Positions 29,406-38,886 of a DNA stretch of 54,885 nucleotides are shown piece after piece. Under the pieces are notes generated by a model. That model was not told the DNA's origin, searched no databases, and saw only the letters and a list, made by a program, of their open reading frames with translations. Source of the stretch: Bacteroidota bacterium (GTDB taxonomy: Bacteria; Bacteroidota; Ignavibacteria; UBA10030); the NCBI GenBank assembly GCA_035291905.1, contig DATDRF010000255.1, forward strand, positions 1 to 54,885, given 5' to 3'. Within the stretch, counting starts at the first letter, position 1. Each line of letters starts with the position of its first letter. Both the position numbers and the translations under genes were made by a program.

Positions 29406-29464
29406 AGGATAGATTCCTCATTGCTCTCATGGCGGTTTTTTCTTATATTGAATGGATTGAATTT

Positions 29465-29536
29465 GCTGGTGTAGCTCAGCGGTAGAGCAGCGGTTTCGTA
29501 AACCGCAGGTCGTCGGTTCAAATCCGACCACCAGCT
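29465..29536 (+). tRNA. tRNA-Thr (anticodon CGT)
   Basis: Cloverleaf read by eye: acceptor GCTGGTG/CACCAGC, D arm GCTC-AGCGGTA-GAGC, anticodon arm GCGGT-TTCGTAA-ACCGC, T arm GTCGG-TTCAAAT-CCGAC, discriminator T. CCA is not encoded. Confidence 0.9.
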
Positions 29537-29540
29537 CAAA

Positions 29541-29626
29541 GGGTCGTCGGTTCTCAGCTGACTTGTCCGCCGTCAGTTTGGCGGAAAGCTGATCCGCCCT
29601 TGGCGGAAAATCCGACCACCAGCTCA
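29541..29626 (+). repeat. duplicated tRNA-Thr 3' half interrupted by a 54-nt hairpin cassette in the T-loop
   Basis: GGTCGTCGGTTC and AAATCCGACCACCAGCTCA are exact repeats of the tRNA 3' part. They are separated by TCAGCTGACTTGTCCGCCGTCAGTTTGGCGGAAAGCTGATCCGCCCTTGGCGGA. Confidence 0.8.
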
Positions 29627-29831
29627 GGAAGTCGGGAAGATTCCCGGAATTTGATTCCGGGAATTTGCGCGAGGAGGGGATTCCGGCATCAAAACACCCC
29701 CATCGAAAAATTTTAGCGGGAGTTCTATCCTGCCACATATTTCAAGGGTTTTCGTTGATTTTCGGCGGTTTTCTGAGTATCATTAGTACTCTTTCACGCC
29801 TGTTGCTTCGGTCAAAATATCAAATCTGTAA

Positions 29832-31250
<1,419 letters not shown>

Positions 31251-31252
31251 GG

Positions 31253-31660
31253 ATGGCCGAGAAGAATTTTCAGCTGGAAATTGTCACACCTCGAAAGGTG
31301 ATCTTTAGCGGCGAAGTCGCGAGTTTCAGTGCACCGGGCGTCGTTGGCGGTTTTCAGGTTCTGAAGAGTCATGCCCCGCTTCTTTCTTCGATCGCAGTCG
31401 GAGAAGTAAAGCTGGCCGACGCGGCGGGACAGGAATTCAGATATGCCACGAGCGGCGGATTCGTTGAGGTGCACGAGAACAAGGTCATTATGCTTGCAGA
31501 ATCGGCCGAACGCTCTGATCAGATCGATGCAGAGCGGGCGACAGCAGCACGCGACCGCGCCCAGAAACGGCTCGACGCAAAGCAGGAGGAGACGGATATG
31601 GAGAGAGCCCGTGCCTCGCTCCTCAGGGCGCTGAACAGGTTGAAGATTTCACACAAATAG
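31253..31660 (+). CDS. atpC: F0F1 ATP synthase subunit epsilon
   Basis: It lies immediately after atpD. The N-terminus reads FQLEIVTPRKVIFSGEV...APGVVGGFQVLKSHAPL. Confidence 0.92.
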   Translation: MAEKNFQLEIVTPRKVIFSGEVASFSAPGVVGGFQVLKSHAPLLSSIAVGEVKLADAAGQEFRYATSGGFVEVHENKVIMLAESAERSDQIDAERATAARDRAQKRLDAKQEETDMERARASLLRALNRLKISHK

Positions 31661-31685
31661 GCCTCCATGAACAGCAAGAGAAAGA

Positions 31686-31720
31686 CCCGTCGAATCGCAA
31701 GATCGGCGGGTTTGTTGTTT
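31686..31720 (+). terminator. rho-independent terminator after atpC
   Basis: CCCGTCGA / TCGGCGGG stem (8 bp, one G-U pair) followed by TTTGTTGTTT. Confidence 0.6.
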
Positions 31721-31737
31721 CCGGCGGTGACAGAAGA

Positions 31738-32952
31738 ATGAAGGCTCGCAGAACAACGATCAAGGTCGGTCTCGACGTTCTCACCGAAAATCCGTTGCGG
31801 TCAAAATCGTGGGGCCGCTGTGCGCTGCTGTTGAATCAGGCAAGTGTGGATGCTTCGCTTCGGCCTTCGCAAGTTATCCTGGGGAAAGCGCTGAAGGGGC
31901 GGCTCGTGCACCTGTTCACTCCGCAGCATGGCCTTTGCGCGGATAAACAGGACAATATGATCGAAAGCGGCCATGGACGGGACATCGTCTCCGGCCTGCC
32001 GTTCTATAGCCTCTATAGCGAAGTCCGGGAACCCAACGACGAGATGTTGAACGGCATTGACACGGTTATTGCCGACGTTCAGGATGTGGGAACCAGGGTC
32101 TATACGTTCCTGTGGACGGTTGCAGGAATCATGCGGAAATGTGCCCGCCTGGGAAAGAAAGTCGTCGTACTTGACAGGCCCAATCCTATTGGGGGAAAAG
32201 AGATTGAGGGAAACGTCCTCGAAGATGATTCGAGAAGTTTTGTCGGTGAATACCTCATTCCGATGAGGCACGGTATGACCATCGGGGAAGCCGCCCTCTG
32301 GATGAATCAGTTTGGAGAAATCCGGGCGGATCTTGAAGTGGTTGCCATGAAAGGGTGGAAGAGGGAGATGCATTGGGATGAAACGGGACGCTTGTGGGTC
32401 ATGACATCGCCAAATATTCCCGCTGCAGATATTACCGAGGTATATCCTGGAATGGTGCTTCTCGAGGGGACAAACCTGAGCGAAGGACGCGGTACGACTC
32501 TCCCGTTCCGCACGATCGGGGCTCCGTATCTCAAGAATCTTAAATCATGGCTTGATGAATTGAACCGGATCTGTACTCCTGGCGGAGCCAGTCTCCGGCC
32601 TTTCGTCTTTGAGCCGACATTTCACAAGTGGGCACGGCAGACGTGTTGGGGGATACATGTGCATGTTCAGGAACCTTCCCGGGTTCGGCCGTATCAGCTG
32701 GGGCTCGGTGTTCTGCTTGCTTCGATGCGGGTTGCTCCCGGTGAGTTTCGATACAACGATCCTCCCTATGAATATGAACGGGTCAGGCCCCCGATGCAGC
32801 TGCTTCTCGGGAGCAGTTCCATGCCGGACCGTCTGAAGAAACTGGCAGAAGTGCCGCTGAAGAAATCGGTGCTGAAAGACCTGGAAGAAGAATGGCAGCC
32901 TGCATTAAGAGAATTCCGGCGACAACGTTCCTCGGTACTTCTCTACCGGTAG
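31738..32952 (+). CDS. DUF1343 family protein (NamZ/YbbC-like exo-beta-N-acetylmuramidase family)
   Basis: DVQDVGTRVYTFLWT, PNIP and LLEGTNLSEGRGTTLPF are conserved DUF1343 blocks. Confidence 0.8.
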   Translation: MKARRTTIKVGLDVLTENPLRSKSWGRCALLLNQASVDASLRPSQVILGKALKGRLVHLFTPQHGLCADKQDNMIESGHGRDIVSGLPFYSLYSEVREPNDEMLNGIDTVIADVQDVGTRVYTFLWTVAGIMRKCARLGKKVVVLDRPNPIGGKEIEGNVLEDDSRSFVGEYLIPMRHGMTIGEAALWMNQFGEIRADLEVVAMKGWKREMHWDETGRLWVMTSPNIPAADITEVYPGMVLLEGTNLSEGRGTTLPFRTIGAPYLKNLKSWLDELNRICTPGGASLRPFVFEPTFHKWARQTCWGIHVHVQEPSRVRPYQLGLGVLLASMRVAPGEFRYNDPPYEYERVRPPMQLLLGSSSMPDRLKKLAEVPLKKSVLKDLEEEWQPALREFRRQRSSVLLYR

Positions 32953-33052
32953 CACAGTACCAAGAGTAGGACTATTCCCGTTCCCGCGTGTGCGGGAGTT
33001 CGGTGTTGGACATTCGGCAGGCAGGTTCGATATTTGAAATTGTCATCTGTTT

Positions 33053-33211
33053 GGTAGTGTCTCAATTTCAAATATAGAATACAACGCAGAGTCGCAAAGG
33101 ACGCAGACCTGCCTGCCGAAGTGATTCATTCACCATTTCAATACAGCGAAATGGTCGGCACGCAGGCAGGTCTCTGCGTTAGTAACTACAACCCCAAATT
33201 GAGACACTACC
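33053..33211. mobile_element. MITE-like non-autonomous element, copy B (159 bp)
   Basis: Perfect 16-bp TIRs GGTAGTGTCTCAATTT (33053-33068) and AAATTGAGACACTACC (33196-33211). A perfect 8-bp direct repeat ATCTGTTT flanks the element at 33045-33052 and 33212-33219. It shares a 69-nt core with copy A (3 mismatches), but in inverted orientation. Confidence 0.88.
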
Positions 33212-33267
33212 ATCTGTTTCATTTCATTGACATTCTGTCCCATATCCCTTATATTCATGCGAACTTT

Positions 33268-34425
33268 GTGAAGAAAAAATCCCCCATTAGGCCAAAGTCT
33301 TCCCGCCGTTCGCCGCTTCGTCCCACTATTGCTGAAATTGACCTGCAAGCCATCGCCTTTAACCTGAAGGGAGTTCGTGCCCGGGTAGGCCGTAATGTCA
33401 GGATCATGGCGGTTGTTAAGGCAAACGCCTATGGGCACGGAATCGAGGGAGTCTCGAAGTATCTTGAGCGCTCGCTGGCAGACTATTTTGGAGTCGCCTT
33501 TGTTGAAGAGGGAACCGCCCTCCGAAGGGCGGGCATCCGGAAGCCGGTTCATGTCTTCGCTCTCCCGTCGCCGAATCAGGCGTCGCTTTTCGTTGACGGG
33601 AGGCTGGAACCGACCGTTTGCACTGCCGGTAATATCCGAGTGCTCCAGTCGGCAGCCGCAAGAGGGAGGCGCACGCTGGCGGTTCACGTGAAGATCGACA
33701 CCGGAATGAATCGCATCGGCGTGAAACGGGGCGTCCTCCCTGAGCTCCTGAAGGAGCTTGGAAAGGCAAACAGGGTTGAAATCAAGGGCGTTTTCACTCA
33801 TTTTGCGAATTCCGACGAGAAAGAGAAGGGATTCATGAATGAGCAATTGCGGGAGTTTGAATCGGCTCTTGAGTATCTTTCAGGTCAGAAGGTGGAGCCG
33901 GAGTTGATTCACTGCGCGAATAGTGCCGCCATTCTTGACGCTCCGCAAACCTATTTCTCCATGGTGAGGCCCGGTGTAATGATGTACGGCTGCTATCCAT
34001 CCCGAACAACGTCAGAGAGCATTCCTCTGAGGCCGGCCATGACGATCAAAACCCGCACGGCGCTTGTGAAGTGGATCGAACAGGGTGAGAGCGTGAGCTA
34101 CGGACGTCGATACTACGCCGCGCGAAGAACGAAGATTGCGACGCTGCCCATCGGTTATGCGGATGGATTTTCGCGGCTTTTGTCGGGGAAAGCCACTGCC
34201 CTCATTGGTGGAAAAGAATACCCGGTCGCCGGGACCATCTGCATGGATCAGCTGATGGTCGATGTCGGAGAAGACGATGTCGCTGAAGGGGCAGAGGCAA
34301 TACTTGTGGGGTCACAGGGAGAAAGAAACATCGGATTGGGAGATCTTGCCGAAAAAATTGGGACAATCCCTTACGAAATCTGCTGTGCTATCTCATCAAG
34401 AGTTCCGAGGGTCTATCGATCATGA
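33268..34425 (+). CDS. alr: alanine racemase
   Basis: PLP-lysine motif AVVKANAYGHG. The N-terminus reads RPTIAEIDLQAIAFNLKGV. The C-terminus reads YEICCAISSRVPRVY. The ORF-track start 33121 lies inside MITE copy B, so the GTG at 33268 is the most plausible start. The exact start is uncertain. Confidence 0.85.
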   Translation: MKKKSPIRPKSSRRSPLRPTIAEIDLQAIAFNLKGVRARVGRNVRIMAVVKANAYGHGIEGVSKYLERSLADYFGVAFVEEGTALRRAGIRKPVHVFALPSPNQASLFVDGRLEPTVCTAGNIRVLQSAAARGRRTLAVHVKIDTGMNRIGVKRGVLPELLKELGKANRVEIKGVFTHFANSDEKEKGFMNEQLREFESALEYLSGQKVEPELIHCANSAAILDAPQTYFSMVRPGVMMYGCYPSRTTSESIPLRPAMTIKTRTALVKWIEQGESVSYGRRYYAARRTKIATLPIGYADGFSRLLSGKATALIGGKEYPVAGTICMDQLMVDVGEDDVAEGAEAILVGSQGERNIGLGDLAEKIGTIPYEICCAISSRVPRVYRS

Positions 34426-35267
34426 CACGAGCTCAACAGTATGTCTCCAGTCTCATGGAGAATGTATCGGAAGGACTTATTGCGTCCGACGATCATCGGA
34501 TTACATTCGCCAAAATCAGGGAAAAACTCGCGGATACCGAAGATTTCGAGAACGAGTTACGGTCCTTGTACAAGGTCCAGGGCCTGAGTGAATTCGCCCT
34601 CTCCCTCATGTGGGTTGCCGAACGTGTGGAAGCGGATCCCACGAAGATAGACTACGACGTTGAGGAACAGGGGCTTGTTGTTGAGCGCTTCCGCGAGGCG
34701 GTTGGCGATGCCGCTGCCGCCCCGTTGGGGGACCTGCCCACTCCGGAGCCTTTCGCCGAAACGCCGGTGGAACCGCAGGAGGAAATTGCCCAACCGGAGC
34801 CGGTTGTTGAAGAGACTACCGCGCCCGCAGTCGAAGAGACCCCTGAAATGCCGACGCATCTGCAGATGGAAACACCCGGCCACATTGCCGAGTCCGAAAA
34901 AGCAGTCTATGCCCCTCCCAGCGGTGTAGATCAAAGTACTTTTGGCCCCCTCATTGAACGATTTGTCGAGGCGATGCAAAGCGGCTCAGAAGAGCGCGAC
35001 GGCCTTCACAGTCAGGTACTTGCCGAGGCTAATGCTCTTGCCGCCTCCGGGAGCGGAGCACCCGCCGATTTGCAGGAGTTTTGCCAATATCTTATTGAGT
35101 TCCTCACCTATATCCACGACAACGATTTCATGGATGATGTACGCGTCATGAATATCCTTTCGAACGTTTCGAGCCCCGTGACTTCCTGGGCGCAGGGGGG
35201 CGGCGGGGCCGGATTGTTGGACGAGGGGATCGAAATTCTCAAAACATTCAAATCACTTTTCGAGTAA
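34422..35267 (+). CDS. acidic hypothetical protein with a central Pro/Glu-rich linker
   Basis: An ATGA overlap with the alr stop suggests translational coupling. Two structured-looking ends flank PTPEPFAETPVEPQEEIAQPEPVVEETTAPAVEETPEMP. No family recognised. Confidence 0.6.
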   Translation: MTRAQQYVSSLMENVSEGLIASDDHRITFAKIREKLADTEDFENELRSLYKVQGLSEFALSLMWVAERVEADPTKIDYDVEEQGLVVERFREAVGDAAAAPLGDLPTPEPFAETPVEPQEEIAQPEPVVEETTAPAVEETPEMPTHLQMETPGHIAESEKAVYAPPSGVDQSTFGPLIERFVEAMQSGSEERDGLHSQVLAEANALAASGSGAPADLQEFCQYLIEFLTYIHDNDFMDDVRVMNILSNVSSPVTSWAQGGGGAGLLDEGIEILKTFKSLFE

Positions 35268-35270
35268 CGC

Positions 35271-36356
35271 ATGCCCCAGGTGTTTGGCGTCGTAATGGCA
35301 GGCGGTGTAGGGTCAAGATTCTGGCCGAAGAGCCGTGAGCGCAGCCCCAAACAGCTGCTGGAGATCCTTGGATCGGGGACCATGATCCAGAATACGATCG
35401 CGCGCATCCAGCCCATCGTTCCTCATGTCAATACGTTTGTTGTTACGAACGCCTTGCAGAGCGAGGCAGTGATAAACCAGCTCCCCTTTGTTCCCAAAGA
35501 AAATATTCTGACCGAACCAGTGGGGAGGAACACCGCTCCCTGCATAGGCCTTGCAGCGTCGTGGATCGAGAGGATTGATCCGGACGCCGTCATGGTTGTT
35601 CTTCCGGCAGATCATCTGATCAGGAATGAACCTGAATTCGTCCGAATTCTCAACATTGCCGTTCAGGTCGCGGAGAAAAGTGACGGCCTCCTGACGATCG
35701 GCATCAAGCCATCACGACCGGAGACAGGCTACGGATACATTCAGTTTTCAGATGAAGAAACAAACAATCCTTACCGGAGTCAGGGTGTATACAGAGTAAA
35801 GACGTTTGCCGAAAAGCCCATTCAGGAAACGGCCGAACGATTCCTCGCCAGCGGGGACTTTTTGTGGAACAGCGGCATGTTTGTGTGGAGGGTGAAGACC
35901 ATTCTGAAAGAAATTGAACTCCACCTCCCCGACCTGCATGCCGAGCTTCGGTCGCTGCAACAGGCCATGGGCACACCGCGCTACGATAGCGCCCTTGAAC
36001 ATTCCTACGGTGTTCTTCGGGGAATCTCGGTCGATTACGGAGTGATGGAAAAGGCCGGTAATGTTTTTGTCGTTAAGGGGGATTTTGGATGGAACGACGT
36101 CGGCTCCTGGGACGAAGTGGTCCGCCTGAACGACAGTGACGAGGACGGAAACACGGCCCGGGGAAAAGTGATACTCCGGGATTCGAGGAACAACTACGTC
36201 GATGCCGGGTCGAAAGTGGTCGCAACCATCGGTGTGGACGATCTGATCGTCGTTGTCACGGATGATGCTGTTCTGGTGTGCGGAAAGGGCAAATCGCAGG
36301 AGGTCAAGGAAATCGTCGACTATATTCGTCGCAAACAGATGAATGAGTACCTTTAA
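35271..36356 (+). CDS. mannose-1-phosphate guanylyltransferase (nucleotidyltransferase only, no isomerase domain)
   Basis: The N-terminus carries [22 protein letters not shown]. Later blocks are LPADH and GYGYI. Confidence 0.82.
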   Translation: MPQVFGVVMAGGVGSRFWPKSRERSPKQLLEILGSGTMIQNTIARIQPIVPHVNTFVVTNALQSEAVINQLPFVPKENILTEPVGRNTAPCIGLAASWIERIDPDAVMVVLPADHLIRNEPEFVRILNIAVQVAEKSDGLLTIGIKPSRPETGYGYIQFSDEETNNPYRSQGVYRVKTFAEKPIQETAERFLASGDFLWNSGMFVWRVKTILKEIELHLPDLHAELRSLQQAMGTPRYDSALEHSYGVLRGISVDYGVMEKAGNVFVVKGDFGWNDVGSWDEVVRLNDSDEDGNTARGKVILRDSRNNYVDAGSKVVATIGVDDLIVVVTDDAVLVCGKGKSQEVKEIVDYIRRKQMNEYL

Positions 36357-36846
36357 GGCGGTTGCAATAGTGCGTGGGACGGTGATCGTGATCTGTTCCC
36401 TCATTCTCGCATGCTCGAGTTCTCCGCGGTTTGTCGGGAACAGCAGGGGGGGCTCCATCGATTCGTCAGGTTCCAATCGCGCAACCCGCACTTCATCTTC
36501 TTCAAGCGGTACCGTCAGGACCAGTTCGGGGAAGGTCCTCCTGACCCTTGAGGGCGTGGCGTCCTACTATGCCGACGACTTCCACGGGAAGCTGACGTCC
36601 AACGGTGAGACCTTCAATATGGATGACCTCACGGCGGCCCACCGCACCTTTCCGTTCGGAACCAGGATCAAGGTGACAAACCTCGCCAACCAGAAGACGG
36701 TTGTCGTGCGGGTCAACGACCGCGGGCCTTTCATCGATGGGAGGATCATCGATTTGTCAAGAGCAGCGGCAAAGGAAATCGGATCGATTCAAACGGGGAC
36801 AACCCGGGTCCGCCTCGAAGTGCTTCAGTGGGGCGATGGGAAATAA
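36343..36846 (+). CDS. rlpA: septal ring lytic transglycosylase RlpA-family protein (DPBB domain)
   Basis: [44 protein letters not shown]...[10 protein letters not shown] is present. Confidence 0.85.
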   Translation: MSTFKAVAIVRGTVIVICSLILACSSSPRFVGNSRGGSIDSSGSNRATRTSSSSSGTVRTSSGKVLLTLEGVASYYADDFHGKLTSNGETFNMDDLTAAHRTFPFGTRIKVTNLANQKTVVVRVNDRGPFIDGRIIDLSRAAAKEIGSIQTGTTRVRLEVLQWGDGK

Positions 36847-36849
36847 CAA

Positions 36850-37533
36850 GTGGCGAAGCGAAGACTGATTACCGAATCGGATGTCATCGAAGCCTCCAAG
36901 AGGGAAGCAAAGGCCCTCCCGGTGGAGGAGGGTGCAATAGTCACCCCCTCAGCCCGGGATGCGGCGAACAGACTTGGCATCCGACTGCTCACCGAAGCTC
37001 TCCCCTCAGTGAAAACAGCCTTTGACGGCCTCTCGATGTTCCATCCTGCAGACAAGAAAGCTCCGAATCGTGACACGGTCATCGCCCTGGGCTCGGACCA
37101 TGGCGGGTTTTCCATGAAAGAGCAGCTGAAGGCATATCTGCTCGAACTCGGATACAGCGTCGCAGATGTCGGGACGACCTCTGAAAAGGCGTGCGACTAT
37201 CCGGACTTTGCCTTTGCCGTGGCGACCCTTGTTTCCATGGGAAAAGCAAAGAGCGGCATTATGGTCGACGCGGTGGGGGTTGCATCCGCTATTGTGGCGA
37301 ACAAAGTTCCCGGAGTGCGCGCGGTCCCGGCCGTGAACGAATTCATGGCCCGAAGCGGGAGGGAACACAACGACGCCAATGTGCTCACGTTGGGCGGACG
37401 GATCCTGGGTATTGAAGCCGCCAAGTCTATCGTCAAGCTCTGGCTCGACACCTGGTTTGGGGGAGGGAGGCATCAGGGGCGGGTGAACAAGATCACCGAA
37501 ATTGAGGAGCGGTCGCTCCGCGGGCCCAGGTAA
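36850..37533 (+). CDS. rpiB: ribose-5-phosphate isomerase B with a ~75-aa N-terminal extension
   Basis: The RpiB/LacAB core starts at about residue 78 (VIALGSDHGGFSMKEQL...DYPDFA...HNDANVLTLGGR). The N-terminal extension reads ITESDVIEASKREAKALPVEEGAIVTPSARDAANRLGIRL. The start is GTG. Confidence 0.8.
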   Translation: MAKRRLITESDVIEASKREAKALPVEEGAIVTPSARDAANRLGIRLLTEALPSVKTAFDGLSMFHPADKKAPNRDTVIALGSDHGGFSMKEQLKAYLLELGYSVADVGTTSEKACDYPDFAFAVATLVSMGKAKSGIMVDAVGVASAIVANKVPGVRAVPAVNEFMARSGREHNDANVLTLGGRILGIEAAKSIVKLWLDTWFGGGRHQGRVNKITEIEERSLRGPR

Positions 37534-37535
37534 CC

Positions 37536-37754
37536 ATGAAGGTCAATGTGACGGTCAAGGCGAACGCCAGAAAAAATGAGGTGATCTTGCGCGAGGACGG
37601 GGCTTTGCTCGTGAAGGTCACTGCACCGCCCTTTGAAGGAAAGGCGAACAAGAAAGTGATCGAAGAGCTGGCGGCATATTTCCGAAGACCGAAAAGCGCC
37701 ATTTCCATCGTTTCTGGGAAAACCGGAAAATTCAAAGTTGTTGAAATCCTTTAG
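37536..37754 (+). CDS. DUF167 (YggU) family protein
   Basis: VKANARKNEV...VKVTAPPFEGKANKKVIEELAAYF...ISIVSGKTGKFKVVEI is present. Confidence 0.8.
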   Translation: MKVNVTVKANARKNEVILREDGALLVKVTAPPFEGKANKKVIEELAAYFRRPKSAISIVSGKTGKFKVVEIL

Positions 37755-38886
37755 TCTCTCCCTCGCCCTTGTCATTCCGATCATTGCTGCGGCTCAGTCC
37801 CCGGTTCGCCGTGATTCCGTTGCACCGGGGCTCTTTCACTCCCGCTATCAGACTTCTGTTCCCCACGTCGTCAATGTGCTCTCCTTTGATCGTTCGCAAA
37901 ACCGATATCTCCTTGAAGCGTATCGCCCGAACGGCCTGGTGAAGACGTCTCTTCAGGTACTGGAGAATGAACGTGCGGGCGTCAATGTTGTCGCGGCAAT
38001 CAATGCGGACTTTTTCATTTTCCAGACGGGAAGGCCGGTGGGGAACCAGGTGAGGAACGGGATGTTTGTATCCGGCATCAAGTCTTCAAGATCGCATTTG
38101 GGTATTGAGGGAGATTCGCGGCCGTTCATTGAGATTCTGTCGTTTGCCGGAACGGTCGCCTGGCCGGGGACGATAATCACGATTGACCGGGTGAACCACG
38201 TGCGGGGGGCGGGCATGAATGTCCTGTATAACTTGTACTGGGGGAATGAATTGAAACCCGATTCACTCGGAATAAAAGTCAAGGTTCGGTTGATTGATGC
38301 TTGGAGGGTCGCAGACACCCTGCGTGCTGTTGTTGTGAATGATGGACGGAACGCCTGGAGGATGGAGGACTCGTCAAGAGCGGTCTTCGTGTTCGAACGG
38401 ATCGCTCTCAAGGGGAATCTCCCGGAGGAAGGAGATACCGTAAAGCTGCTTCTCGGGTTCGAAGGAGATCGAAGGTCTTATTCCCAGGTATTGGGAGGGG
38501 GAGGGCGGATTCTTGGAAACGGCAAGATTGTCCGGGAGGGAGTTGGGGAGCAGGAGGGAATTCGTGAGAAATTCTTCGCTGATCGTCACCCGCGTACGTT
38601 TGTAGGATTCGACCGGGACACCACGAGCATCTTTCTATGCACCGTGGACGGGCGGCAGGAGTCGAGCGTTGGAATGACTTTCAGGGAAATGGGTGAATTT
38701 CTGCTTGAAATCGAAGCCTGGAATGCCCTTAACCTCGATGGGGGCGGATCATCGACCATGGTCATCGACGGAGCGGTGGTGAATGCTCCTTCGGACGCAA
38801 CAGGTGAGCGGCCGGCGGCAAACAGCCTGCAGCTGATATCAAAGAAGGTCATCGACCACAGTTCGGAGCAGGGTCATGAGAACTGA
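37738..38886 (+). CDS. phosphodiester glycosidase family protein (DUF2233-like), secreted
   Basis: Signal peptide. The C-terminal region carries WNALNLDGGGSSTMV. The TTG start overlaps the upstream gene by 17 nt. Confidence 0.7.
   Translation: MLKSFSLSLALVIPIIAAAQSPVRRDSVAPGLFHSRYQTSVPHVVNVLSFDRSQNRYLLEAYRPNGLVKTSLQVLENERAGVNVVAAINADFFIFQTGRPVGNQVRNGMFVSGIKSSRSHLGIEGDSRPFIEILSFAGTVAWPGTIITIDRVNHVRGAGMNVLYNLYWGNELKPDSLGIKVKVRLIDAWRVADTLRAVVVNDGRNAWRMEDSSRAVFVFERIALKGNLPEEGDTVKLLLGFEGDRRSYSQVLGGGGRILGNGKIVREGVGEQEGIREKFFADRHPRTFVGFDRDTTSIFLCTVDGRQESSVGMTFREMGEFLLEIEAWNALNLDGGGSSTMVIDGAVVNAPSDATGERPAANSLQLISKKVIDHSSEQGHEN

Noticed and set aside
29427-29738. 103-aa minus-strand ORF
   Set aside because: It runs antisense through tRNA-Thr and its duplicated 3' half, so it is an artefact.
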